From an uncultured delta proteobacterium (GTDB lineage Bacteria > Desulfobacterota > Syntrophorhabdia > Syntrophorhabdales > WCHB1-27): a stretch of 64,000 nt of DNA. This document shows, one piece after another, positions 31,246-40,082 of the stretch (position 1 is the first letter of the stretch; every line of letters begins with the position of its first letter). The stretch is from the NCBI GenBank assembly GCA_963810935.1, contig CAWEPK010000008.1, positions 64,001 through 128,000 on the forward strand, given 5' to 3'. The notes under the pieces are model-generated. The model was not told the DNA's origin, made no database searches, and saw only the letters and a list, made by a program, of their open reading frames with translations. Made by a program: the position numbers and the translations under genes.

Positions 31246-31554
31246 ATGAAGATTGATAACAATAAACAAGTAGTCCTGCTTAACAACCTTACAAAGCCTT
31301 CCTCCACCAACGGCGGAAAAGGCGCAGGCAGCGACGGCTCGCAGACCGTCACCGACTCCGGGGACAAAGTCGAGCTCTCCGGCTGGAAGGGCGGGGTGGC
31401 GAACCTGACCGCGCAGGCGGCGGCGCTCCCCGACGTTGACGAGGAAAAGGTCGCAAGGGTTAAGCAGGCAATCGAATCAGGGACTTACAACGCGAGCGGC
31501 AAGTTGGTTGCACGCGCCATGATCAAGAGCAACCTGCTGGACGAGACACTGTGA
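31246..31554 (+). CDS. flgM: Anti-sigma28 factor FlgM
   Basis: MKID, DKVELS, KVARVKQAIESGTY. Confidence 0.92.
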   Translation: MKIDNNKQVVLLNNLTKPSSTNGGKGAGSDGSQTVTDSGDKVELSGWKGGVANLTAQAAALPDVDEEKVARVKQAIESGTYNASGKLVARAMIKSNLLDETL

Positions 31555-31555
31555 T

Positions 31556-31975
31556 ATGGAACGTGAAGGGCTGACAGGTCTGGAACAACAGGAGCTTTCC
31601 GCTCTGGGTGATTTCCTCAAGGCGCTCACCGCAGAGAGGGACGCCATAATCTCCTTTTCCCTGGAAGGCATAGTGCGCGAGAACAACAGGAAAGAAGAGA
31701 TACTGAAGCGGCTCGAGTACATCGAGACCGAGAAGGAAAAGCTCCTTGCCTCACCCGACAACGGCCACGGCCCCCAAGAAGCGCCGGGGCCGCTCGCCGA
31801 CAAAATCCAGGGCAAGGTCAGAGAGGTCCGGACGGCGCTCGACAAGAACATGCGCCTCCTCTCGTTTTCCATGGACCACGTCAAATCATCTCTGGAAAAG
31901 GTCGTCGAATTCATTAACAGGACTTCCTACCAGAAGGGCAGGACCATATCCGTGATGGTGTCGAGGCAGGTATAG
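31556..31975 (+). CDS. flgN: Flagellar chaperone FlgN
   Basis: Helical ERDAII...KEEIL...NMRLL; lies between flgM and flgK. Confidence 0.75.
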   Translation: MEREGLTGLEQQELSALGDFLKALTAERDAIISFSLEGIVRENNRKEEILKRLEYIETEKEKLLASPDNGHGPQEAPGPLADKIQGKVREVRTALDKNMRLLSFSMDHVKSSLEKVVEFINRTSYQKGRTISVMVSRQV

Positions 31976-33939
31976 TGTCGATAGCATCAATACTCAATAT
32001 CGCGAACAGCGGACTAAACGCGAGCCAGACGGCCATACAGACCGTCTCGCACAACGTTTCCAACGTCGATACGCCGGGTTACTCCAGGCAGCAGGTGGAG
32101 TTGACCGAGGCCGATCCTACCGCCTCATCCGTGGGCCTCATGGGCAACGGCGTCAGCGTGCAGGGGATCAAGAGCTATTTGGACCAGAACCTGCAGGACG
32201 CGATCACGAGTAAGAACAGCGACGTCCAGGAGCAGCAGGTCTCCGAGCAGTACCTGACGCAGATCCAGAGCGTCTTCGATGAAAGCAATTCCAATCTGTC
32301 CACCAATTTAACGAACTTCTTCAACTCCTGGAGCACCCTGTCCACGGACCCGACCAACACGTCCGATAAACAGGCCGTGGCGTCCAGTGGACAAATGCTT
32401 TGCTCGACCTTCAACACGATGTCTTCCGACCTTTCCGGCTTGCAGACGAACCTGAACGGCGAGGTGAGCAGCCAGATTGACGAGATAAACGGGATTACGT
32501 CGCAAATAGCCTCTCTCAACTCGCTGATAAGTCAGTCTTCCACTGGAACATCCACGGCAAACGACTACGTAGACCAGAGGAACCAGCTCCTCCAGCAGTT
32601 GTCCGGCTACATGAACATCAGCTATTACTCGGACAGCTCGACTAATATGGTAGGCGTCCTTACATCGAAAGGAACGACCCTCGTCGACGGCACGGCCTCC
32701 TACAACCTGACACCGGGGCAGGAGGCATCCGGGATGACCTCCGTTGTGTGGCAAGGGCCCTCCGACGATTCAATAGATATAACGGACCAGATATCGGGCG
32801 GTTCATTGGGCGCCGCGCTGACTGCGCGCGACTCCACCATCCCCGGATACCTGTCGAATCTGAACTCTTTAGCCCAGTCTATCGCGCAGAACGTCAATTA
32901 CTTCCACGAGCAGGGCAACGACAGTGCGGGCGTACCTTTTTTTCAGTGCAGCGATACTTCAAACTACGCGAGCGGCATTAGCCTGTCCAGCCAGATCGTG
33001 GACGCCTCGGGCACGGCCCAGACACAGAATATTATGGCAAGCTCTTCCACGACGGACACGACGGACAATGACGTTGCAGCCAGGATCGCCTCTCTTGAAA
33101 GCGAGCCCCTCATGGGAGGAAGCGCGATCGACTCCGGCGTATTCGCTTCAGCCTCGACTAGTGTCGGCCTGACGTCGGACGCTACCCTTGCCGTCAACGG
33201 AGTGGGCGTCACTTTGCACGCCGGGGACTCGCTCAACGACATCGCTGCCGCAGTTAACTCCGCAGCCTCCAGTACGGGCGTAACGGCGCAGGTCGTCCAG
33301 GCATCGTCCGGCTACAAGCTCGTGCTGAGCGCCACCGTTGCCGTCCCGTCGTCATGGACACAAAACTCTCCGAGCCAGGCGCTATCGACCGATAACCCGG
33401 ATCAGCTTGAGCTTCCGGGCGGGGTAGATATCACGTTCCAGGCGGGCCAGTCGCTTAACGACGAGGCAAACGCGATAAACCGCTACCAGAGTACGACGGG
33501 CCTGACTGCCTCCGTTTTTCAGAACAATTCCGGCACATATCAGTTGCTGCTCAGCCCTACCGGAAACGGTAGCGCGCCTCCTGCCCTGAGCAGCGTATCT
33601 GTCGTGAACGGCAGTCTCACGGTGCCGTCGACCTCGGCGGCGTCTTCAGTAACCGGGACGCTGGGCCTGTCCGGTTTCACCTGGGTCGCTTACGAGGCGG
33701 GCGTGGTTTCCGGAGTAGGCCAGGCGACGACTAACGCTACAGACCTCGCCACGTACAACCAGAGCGCCCTGACATCGCTCCAGCAGCAGCAATCTCAGGA
33801 ATCGGGCGTATCGATAGACGAGGAAATGACGAACATGATTCTGTACCAGAATGCTTACCAGGCTTCCGCGCGTCTCTATACGCTCGCGCAGACGATGCTT
33901 AATTCGCTATTGCAGTCCGTGGGGGTGACCACGTCATGA
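31975..33939 (+). CDS. flgK: Hook-associated protein 1 FlgK
   Basis: SHNVSNVDTPGYSRQ, SGVSIDEEMTNMILYQNAYQASAR. Confidence 0.95.
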   Translation: MSIASILNIANSGLNASQTAIQTVSHNVSNVDTPGYSRQQVELTEADPTASSVGLMGNGVSVQGIKSYLDQNLQDAITSKNSDVQEQQVSEQYLTQIQSVFDESNSNLSTNLTNFFNSWSTLSTDPTNTSDKQAVASSGQMLCSTFNTMSSDLSGLQTNLNGEVSSQIDEINGITSQIASLNSLISQSSTGTSTANDYVDQRNQLLQQLSGYMNISYYSDSSTNMVGVLTSKGTTLVDGTASYNLTPGQEASGMTSVVWQGPSDDSIDITDQISGGSLGAALTARDSTIPGYLSNLNSLAQSIAQNVNYFHEQGNDSAGVPFFQCSDTSNYASGISLSSQIVDASGTAQTQNIMASSSTTDTTDNDVAARIASLESEPLMGGSAIDSGVFASASTSVGLTSDATLAVNGVGVTLHAGDSLNDIAAAVNSAASSTGVTAQVVQASSGYKLVLSATVAVPSSWTQNSPSQALSTDNPDQLELPGGVDITFQAGQSLNDEANAINRYQSTTGLTASVFQNNSGTYQLLLSPTGNGSAPPALSSVSVVNGSLTVPSTSAASSVTGTLGLSGFTWVAYEAGVVSGVGQATTNATDLATYNQSALTSLQQQQSQESGVSIDEEMTNMILYQNAYQASARLYTLAQTMLNSLLQSVGVTTS

Positions 33940-34826
33940 GAGTAGGTGATAGCTTCCAGTTCCAGACTTATGCGAGCACGCTGATGAACCTGAAGTCGCA
34001 GATGGACCAGGCGACCCAGGAGATATCGTCGGGCGAAAAGGTCATCGCTCCTTCCGACGACCCGTCGGCTTACGCCCAGAACCTCGAAGTACTGGCCGAG
34101 CAAAGCCAGAACACCCAGTATAAGAGCAACCTGACGAGCCTCCAGACCTTGAGCGGCTATTACCAGAACTCTCTCAACACGGTAAGCAACGTACTGACGA
34201 GCGCGGAGCAACTGGCAGAGCAGATGGCCTCCGACACGCAAGACGCGACCACCAGGACGTCAGCCGCCAGCGAGGTTGGCAGCATGATCGACGAGCTCGT
34301 GACCGTGGGTAACACGAAGGTCGGGGACACGTATATATTCGGCGGAGAAGACGCAGGGACCGCGCCTTACCAATCGGATGGCACGTTCGTCGGTTCCAGC
34401 CAGGTGGGCCAGGTGGCGGTCGATTCATCCTCCACGATGGCCGCCGGCATATCGGGGAACACCATCTTCAACGGCACCGTCGACGGCCAGAGCGTAAACA
34501 TCTTCACCACCTTGAGCCAGTTCCAAACCGACCTGACGAACAATAATACCACAGGCATACAGACAGACCTCAATAATATCGGCAATTGCGTGAGTTTGAC
34601 GACGGGTAACCTGTCCTATGTGGGTTCTTATGCAAACAGCATAAGCAGCCTCCTGACGACAAACTCGAATACGGACACGGCGCTCTCCACAACGTCCTCG
34701 AATCTGGTCGGTGTAGACATGGCGCAGGCCGTCTCTGACTATACGACGCTCTCGACGGCCTACCAGGCTGCGATTTACACGATGTCCAAGGCCTCGAGCC
34801 TTACCATACTCAACTACCTGCCCTAG
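33936..34826 (+). CDS. flgL: Hook-associated protein 3 FlgL
   Basis: SSGEKVIAPSDDP, YIFGG, C-terminal TILNYL. Confidence 0.93.
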   Translation: MRVGDSFQFQTYASTLMNLKSQMDQATQEISSGEKVIAPSDDPSAYAQNLEVLAEQSQNTQYKSNLTSLQTLSGYYQNSLNTVSNVLTSAEQLAEQMASDTQDATTRTSAASEVGSMIDELVTVGNTKVGDTYIFGGEDAGTAPYQSDGTFVGSSQVGQVAVDSSSTMAAGISGNTIFNGTVDGQSVNIFTTLSQFQTDLTNNNTTGIQTDLNNIGNCVSLTTGNLSYVGSYANSISSLLTTNSNTDTALSTTSSNLVGVDMAQAVSDYTTLSTAYQAAIYTMSKASSLTILNYLP

Positions 34827-34845
34827 TTCATAGGGAAGGGAACGA

Positions 34846-35070
34846 ATGCTCGTACTATCCAGAAAAAAACACCAGTCGATCCTTATAAGGGGAAAGGGGG
34901 GCGACATACGTGTAGTCGCGCTGGAGGCCGACAAAGGCAGGCTGCGGCTCGGTATAGAGGCGCCTCAGGGCTATACCATTATAAGAGAGGAGCTCCTGGG
35001 AGAGATAAAAGAGGCCAACAAGCAATCGGCGCTCGGCAGTATGGATGAAATAAGGAAGGTAATAGAATGA
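34846..35070 (+). CDS. csrA: Carbon storage regulator CsrA
   Basis: MLVLSRK...RLGIEAP...IIREE. Confidence 0.93.
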   Translation: MLVLSRKKHQSILIRGKGGDIRVVALEADKGRLRLGIEAPQGYTIIREELLGEIKEANKQSALGSMDEIRKVIE

Positions 35071-35459
35071 CGGCTACAGGCGGGATCCACCTCAAAGGGA
35101 AGGTAATCGGGTTCGAAGAGTTGGAGGACTACGCCCTTCAGGACCCCTTCGGCGCAGATTCGCCCTTCCGGCTTCTCAAGTCCCTTCAGTCGGAGATAGC
35201 TTTTGTTGTGGTCAACCCTTACCATGTAGTCGAAGAATACACGTTCGATATCGAAGACGACACGCTGGCCGCCCTCAGTCTGACGGACAAGGACGTCGAC
35301 CGGGTCGCGGTCCTCTGCATCGCAAGGCGCGAAAACGAGACGGTTTACGCCAACCTGCGCTCCCCACTGCTCATCAACACGGAGAAAGGCCGCTTCCTGC
35401 AAGTGGTCCTGCCTAACGAAGGATATCCCATCTCGGCCCCGCTAGTAAAAAAAGCTTAA
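35067..35459 (+). CDS. fliW: Flagellar assembly factor FliW
   Basis: IGFEE, AFVVVNP, ANLRSPLLIN. Confidence 0.92.
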   Translation: MTATGGIHLKGKVIGFEELEDYALQDPFGADSPFRLLKSLQSEIAFVVVNPYHVVEEYTFDIEDDTLAALSLTDKDVDRVAVLCIARRENETVYANLRSPLLINTEKGRFLQVVLPNEGYPISAPLVKKA

Positions 35460-35483
35460 CCGGTTTTTTTTCCGATTCCCCCC

Positions 35484-35510
35484 TTAAGTATCTTCACTAC
35501 CTGTCGATAA
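35484..35510 (+). promoter_or_regulatory. sigma28 promoter of fliC
   Basis: TTAA-N15-GTCGATAA. Confidence 0.7.
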
Positions 35511-35516
35511 CATTGT

Positions 35517-35593
35517 CATGGAAGGAAAGGAGGTGAGAAAATCAGATCCTTCCGACCAAGGCACGACGCCGAATAAAAACTAAAACATGGAGG
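35517..35593 (+). promoter_or_regulatory. fliC leader with multiple ANGGA CsrA-type sites
   Basis: CATGGAAGGAAAGGAGG inside a GTC..GGAAGGA/TCCTTCCGAC hairpin; ACATGGAGG at the SD. Confidence 0.5.
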
Positions 35594-35600
35594 TTTCAAA

Positions 35601-36701
35601 ATGTCTTTAACACTCAACACGAACGTTTCTTCATTGATTACGCAAAACTGGCTGTCAGTCAATACGGCAGGAGAGTCAAAGGCAACGGAGCAGCTTTCGA
35701 GCGGCTCTAAGCTCAATAGCGCCGGCGACGACCCGGCGGGATACGCCATTGCTTTCTCTCTCGGCGTAAGCGACGCGGCCCTGCAGACGGCCACCAACAA
35801 CGCCAACCAGGGCTCGGCAATGCTCCAGGTGGCGCAGGGGGCCATGCAGCAGATCGGCAACATCCTTACTCAGTTGCAGCAGCTCGCCACCGAGGCGTCT
35901 TCCGCGAACAACGGATCCAACCTTACCTCCCTGGACAGCGAGAGACAAGCCTTGGAAACTGAGATCAACAACATCAACCAGAGTACGACTTACGGCGGGA
36001 GCGCCGTCTTCGGCTCCGGCAACGTGGCATCGGGCACGGCTACGGCAGCCACCGGCTACGTGAGCAGCGACGTCTCGGGTTGGAGCGGAACCGCTGCAGC
36101 GAACTACACCGTAACGGCGACCGCGACTGCAGTGACTCTGACCAATGCGGCCACGGGCGACTCACAGAAGATCGACTTCACAACGCCCACCGGCTCGAAC
36201 ACGACGACGCTGAATTTCAGCTCCCTCGGGATCAAGCTGACGGTCGGCGCTAACGTTGCCAACATGACGGGCTTGACCTTCACCGTAACCCCCGGCGCCG
36301 CCAACATGAAGTTTCAGGTGGGCGATGTGGCCAACACGGCTAACCAGGTTTCGCTGACGCTGAACCAGGTCGGCACTGCGGCCCTCGGTATAACGGGTGA
36401 CCTCACAAGCCAGACCGATGCGGGTACTTACATGGGAACGATCACAAGCGCACTCAGCACGCTGAGCAGCGCAGAGAGCAGCGTCGGCAACGCCCAAAAC
36501 CAGCTGAGCTACGCGACTGCCAACCTGCAGACGATGGATACGAACACCCAGTCCGCCGAATCGACCATCAAAGACACCGACTACGCATCGTCCATGTCGT
36601 CCTTCACGAAGTACCAGATCGCAACCCAGGCGGGCGTGGCTATGCTCTCGCAGGCCAACCAGATCCCGCAGGAGATTCTCTCCCTGATAAAAGGCCAGTA
36701 A
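35601..36701 (+). CDS. fliC: Flagellin
   Basis: NTNVSSL, LSSG-KLNSAGDDPAG, FQVG, IKDTDYA, MLSQANQIPQ. Confidence 0.96.
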   Translation: MSLTLNTNVSSLITQNWLSVNTAGESKATEQLSSGSKLNSAGDDPAGYAIAFSLGVSDAALQTATNNANQGSAMLQVAQGAMQQIGNILTQLQQLATEASSANNGSNLTSLDSERQALETEINNINQSTTYGGSAVFGSGNVASGTATAATGYVSSDVSGWSGTAAANYTVTATATAVTLTNAATGDSQKIDFTTPTGSNTTTLNFSSLGIKLTVGANVANMTGLTFTVTPGAANMKFQVGDVANTANQVSLTLNQVGTAALGITGDLTSQTDAGTYMGTITSALSTLSSAESSVGNAQNQLSYATANLQTMDTNTQSAESTIKDTDYASSMSSFTKYQIATQAGVAMLSQANQIPQEILSLIKGQ

Positions 36702-36718
36702 TCGGGGAAACCGTGCTT

Positions 36719-36748
36719 GCCCCCTCCCTTCGAGGGAGGGGGCTCTTT
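36719..36748 (+). terminator. Intrinsic terminator after fliC
   Basis: GCCCCCTCCC-TTCGA-GGGAGGGGGC followed by TCTTT. Confidence 0.8.
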
Positions 36749-36792
36749 AAACTGAAAGAAGAGGCGTGAAGAAAGAGCAATTTCAATGTATG

Positions 36793-36808
36793 CGGCTCGG
36801 AATTTGCA
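36793..36808 (+). promoter_or_regulatory. Possible sigma54 promoter for fliD-fliS
   Basis: CGGCTCGGAATTTGCA, GG-N10-GC. Confidence 0.45.
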
Positions 36809-36837
36809 CTAGTAAGGTCCGAAGGAGGGCATAAAAG

Positions 36838-38304
36838 ATGTCAACGACCTCATCGACTACGTCTACTACGTCCCCGTCGGTAAACCTTACGGGCATAGTG
36901 AGCAATACCGACTGGCAGACCCTCGTATCGGAGATAACGGCGGACCAGAAAACGGCTGCGGAACAACCGCTTAACGACGACCTGACTACGGAGCAGAACC
37001 TTCTGTCTGCATGGCAGTCTTTCAACACGACCCTCTCCGCGCTCACGAATTACATCAACACCAACAATCTTAATACAGACACCGGCTACCAGGCGTTCAC
37101 CGGCTCGCTGTCGTGCAGCGACGCGAGCGTCACGCCGTCGAACGTGCTGAGCGCCTCGACGGGCACGGGTACGTTGGCGGCGGGAACGTATTCCATAGTA
37201 GTCTCTCAGCTTGCGCAGGAGGAAAAGATAGCCTCTGGCCAGTATTCATCAAGCAGCACGGCCCTCGGCATTTCGGGCAACCTGTTGATCAACGGCACGA
37301 CCGTTTCTATCGCATCGACCGATACACTCTCCGATATCGTCAATAACATCAACAGCTCGGGCGCCGGGGTTAACGCCTCGCTCCTGACGGCCTCGGGCGA
37401 GACGTACATGACGATCCAGGCGTCCGGCGCCGGGTCGTCCAGCATAACGATAGCGGACGGGACCGGCTCGACTGTGGCGGAATCGCTAGGTCTGCTTTCC
37501 AACGGCCAGATTGCGAACCCGATACAGGACGGGAAGGAAGCGGAGCTGACCATAGACGGGTATGCGGTGACCTCTGCCTCGAACACCGTGACCGGGGCAA
37601 TCCCCGGCGTCACCCTTAACCTGACGGGAACAAACGCTTCGAGCAGCCCGATAACGCTCTCCATCACGCAGGACACGTCGGCCGTCACCACGGACGCCAA
37701 CACGCTCGTCTCGGACATAAACAGTGTCCTGACATACATAAACGGCCAGAACACCGCCAGTTCGTCGACTTCTTCTTCGTCCTCGACGTCGAACGTGCTC
37801 ATGGCGAACCCGACGCTGGCTGCCGTAAAGAACTCGATAAACACGACGCTGCTGGGAAACATCAGCGGCAACTCGACCTATACCACGCCCGCCTCCATCG
37901 GCATCACGTTCGGCACGGACGGGAGCACGGATGGCACTATCAGCCTCGACTCCACTACGTTCTCGGCCGCCCTGTCCGCCAACCCGACAGAGGTGATCAA
38001 CGCGATAAAGTCGATCAGCGCCTCTCTTTACACTAACCTGAATGGGTACGTGGATCCTACCACAGGGTCACTGACGTCCCTGCAAACGTCCATTAGCGAC
38101 AAGATCACATCGATAAATGACCAGCTCACCCAGGTGGACCAGCGATGCGCCCAGCAGGCTACTGCCCTACAGACAGAGTATAACAACCTGGAGGTCGTCA
38201 TCGAGAATTCCAACAACACCAAGACATTTCTCACTGACATGGTTAACTCAATGACCAACACGAGCAATAGCAGCTCATCGTCCACTCTTTATAGAGGCAT
38301 ATGA
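36838..38304 (+). CDS. fliD: Flagellar cap protein FliD
   Basis: TGIVSNTDW, VSQLAQ, TLSDIVNNIN, SNTVTGAIPGVTLNL. Confidence 0.93.
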   Translation: MSTTSSTTSTTSPSVNLTGIVSNTDWQTLVSEITADQKTAAEQPLNDDLTTEQNLLSAWQSFNTTLSALTNYINTNNLNTDTGYQAFTGSLSCSDASVTPSNVLSASTGTGTLAAGTYSIVVSQLAQEEKIASGQYSSSSTALGISGNLLINGTTVSIASTDTLSDIVNNINSSGAGVNASLLTASGETYMTIQASGAGSSSITIADGTGSTVAESLGLLSNGQIANPIQDGKEAELTIDGYAVTSASNTVTGAIPGVTLNLTGTNASSSPITLSITQDTSAVTTDANTLVSDINSVLTYINGQNTASSSTSSSSSTSNVLMANPTLAAVKNSINTTLLGNISGNSTYTTPASIGITFGTDGSTDGTISLDSTTFSAALSANPTEVINAIKSISASLYTNLNGYVDPTTGSLTSLQTSISDKITSINDQLTQVDQRCAQQATALQTEYNNLEVVIENSNNTKTFLTDMVNSMTNTSNSSSSSTLYRGI

Positions 38305-38720
38305 ACCCTTATAGCGCTTACGCAACTGCCAGCATGATGACGGACGAACATGACAAGGGGAAGGTCCTCCTCAAGGCATTGAGGACCCTGATCGAGCGGA
38401 TCGAGGAAGTTAAGGTACTCATAACAGAGAAGAAGTACGAGAAGAAATACCAGGAGCTGACCCGCATCGTCCAGGCCATCCAGCTCCTCCGCGGCTCGCT
38501 CGATATGTCGCTGGGAGAGATCCCCCGGAACCTTTCCATGCTGTACCAGTACGTGATGCGGAGGCTTCAGGAGGTGCACTCAAGCCTCGACACCGCCACT
38601 CTCGACGAATGCAAAACGATCCTTGCGACTATCACGGAAGGCTTCGCTGAAGCCTACCAGACGGAAAAAAAGTTGAGGCAGGCGGCCTCTTTAAGCCAAG
38701 CTCGGGGCATGTCGGTATGA
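38301..38720 (+). CDS. fliS: Flagellin chaperone FliS
   Basis: MNPYSAY, LRGSLDM, NLSMLYQY. Confidence 0.9.
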   Translation: MNPYSAYATASMMTDEHDKGKVLLKALRTLIERIEEVKVLITEKKYEKKYQELTRIVQAIQLLRGSLDMSLGEIPRNLSMLYQYVMRRLQEVHSSLDTATLDECKTILATITEGFAEAYQTEKKLRQAASLSQARGMSV

Positions 38721-38728
38721 CACTTGCA
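38713..38728 (+). promoter_or_regulatory. sigma54 promoter nearly identical to the flgF promoter
   Basis: CGGTATGACACTTGCA versus CGGTATGACTATTGCA at 26786. Confidence 0.65.
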
Positions 38729-38739
38729 TATAAATATGC

Positions 38740-38925
38740 ATGGACGAAGGCAGGGGGCCCAGGGAAAAAGAAGGTCGTCTCGACGCCAGGGGTTTTGTCA
38801 GGGACGTCGCTGACGCCAATATGAAAAAGATACGCGCGAGGCTGGCAGACCGAATGTACATCAGCTCTTCGGTTTTCCTGCATAATGTCGCTCTCAAGGC
38901 CAGGCGGAAATGCGAAGATCGATAA
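38740..38925 (+). CDS. Small hypothetical protein (61 aa), weak resemblance to the FlgM C-terminus
   Basis: Fills the gap after a sigma54 promoter; overlaps the next ORF. Confidence 0.4.
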   Translation: MDEGRGPREKEGRLDARGFVRDVADANMKKIRARLADRMYISSSVFLHNVALKARRKCEDR

Positions 38926-39257
38926 CCGCGCCGGGGCGCGAGATAGAGAAGAATTTCATCCGGCTGAGCCGCGCGGCCCTGGAAGAGCAGGACCGGGACA
39001 AGCTTATCGACCTGCTCATGGAAAGGAACAAGCTGTTCATGGAGATGCAGACGGCTGAAAGGACCCCCGACCTGTCACTTGAAGAAATAAATGAGTGCCT
39101 CCAGACGGAGGCTGACATTCTATCGCGCCTCGAGCAAGAGAGGCGCATGCTCCTGTTGAAAATGGACGAGTTTTCAAAAAACAGGAACGCCGTGCAGAAG
39201 TACCGCGCCAGTTTTCCATTCCCTCCGCTTCCCGTATTTTTCGGCTCATCTACGTAA
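38910..39257 (+). CDS. Helical hypothetical protein, possibly a FliT-like chaperone
   Basis: Amphipathic helices (DKLIDLLMERNKL); lies after fliD-fliS. Confidence 0.55.
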   Translation: MRRSITAPGREIEKNFIRLSRAALEEQDRDKLIDLLMERNKLFMEMQTAERTPDLSLEEINECLQTEADILSRLEQERRMLLLKMDEFSKNRNAVQKYRASFPFPPLPVFFGSST

Positions 39258-39267
39258 GAAATAACCT

Positions 39268-39294
39268 TAAGTTTTTAAACTCCTGAACCGATAA
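39268..39294 (+). promoter_or_regulatory. sigma28 promoter
   Basis: TAAG-N15-ACCGATAA. Confidence 0.75.
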
Positions 39295-39312
39295 GATGAA
39301 TACGGGATAACT

Positions 39313-39525
39313 GTGATGACTGTAAGCGACTACCAGATAAATAACGTAATAAAAACATATATGAAGAATATGAAGACGAAGGTGAACCGTGCCGGAAAGG
39401 CGAGTGATGCGACACAGGCGGAAGATAAAGTAAATATTTCTGAAGAGGGCATGAAGAGGGTCCTTTTCAAGAGAATCGGCGAAAAAATGACGGAGCGGCT
39501 GAAAAAGCATGGCCAAAAAAGATGA
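39313..39525 (+). CDS. Small flagellar-associated protein, DVU0524-family-like
   Basis: YQINNVIKTY N-terminus and DKVNISEEG motif; follows a sigma28 promoter. Confidence 0.65.
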   Translation: MMTVSDYQINNVIKTYMKNMKTKVNRAGKASDATQAEDKVNISEEGMKRVLFKRIGEKMTERLKKHGQKR

Positions 39526-40054
39526 CAACTTCAGCATACTGATTGTCGATGACAACATCGAGATCAGGACTATCCTTGAGGAATACCTTAAGGAAGAGGG
39601 CTGCGCCGCCGACGGGGCAGGGGACGGGAAGGAAGCGCTCCTGAAATATCGGGAGACGCCTTACGACCTGGTCATCACGGACCTGAACATGCCCGGGATG
39701 ACGGGCATCGAGCTGATCCGGCAGATCGGCGCAACGGAAAGCATGACGGAGTTCATCATTATAACGGGTTATGCCTCTCTCGACACAGCCATCGAGGCCG
39801 TCAAGGCGGGCGCGTTCGATTACCTGGTGAAACCTTTCAGGATCGAAGAGCTGATGGTGGTAATCAAGAACGTCAAAGACAAGATCATGCTGAAGAAGGC
39901 GAACAGCCAGCTCTTCGATAAGCTCAAGAACTTTTATGTAGAGATTTCCAAGTACAGGCAATGGCTGAACGACGAGCAGGTATCGCGCCTTGTCGACAAA
40001 AAACTGGAAGAGATTGCGGCCGGCACGCGGTCTGTGGAACCGGCCGAGGTATAA
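39509..40054 (+). CDS. Response regulator (REC plus helical tail)
   Basis: ILIVDD, TDLNMPGMTG, ITGY, YLVKPF. Confidence 0.9.
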   Translation: MAKKDDNFSILIVDDNIEIRTILEEYLKEEGCAADGAGDGKEALLKYRETPYDLVITDLNMPGMTGIELIRQIGATESMTEFIIITGYASLDTAIEAVKAGAFDYLVKPFRIEELMVVIKNVKDKIMLKKANSQLFDKLKNFYVEISKYRQWLNDEQVSRLVDKKLEEIAAGTRSVEPAEV

Positions 40055-40082
40055 CGGCCAATAACGAAAGCGGGTAGAAGTC

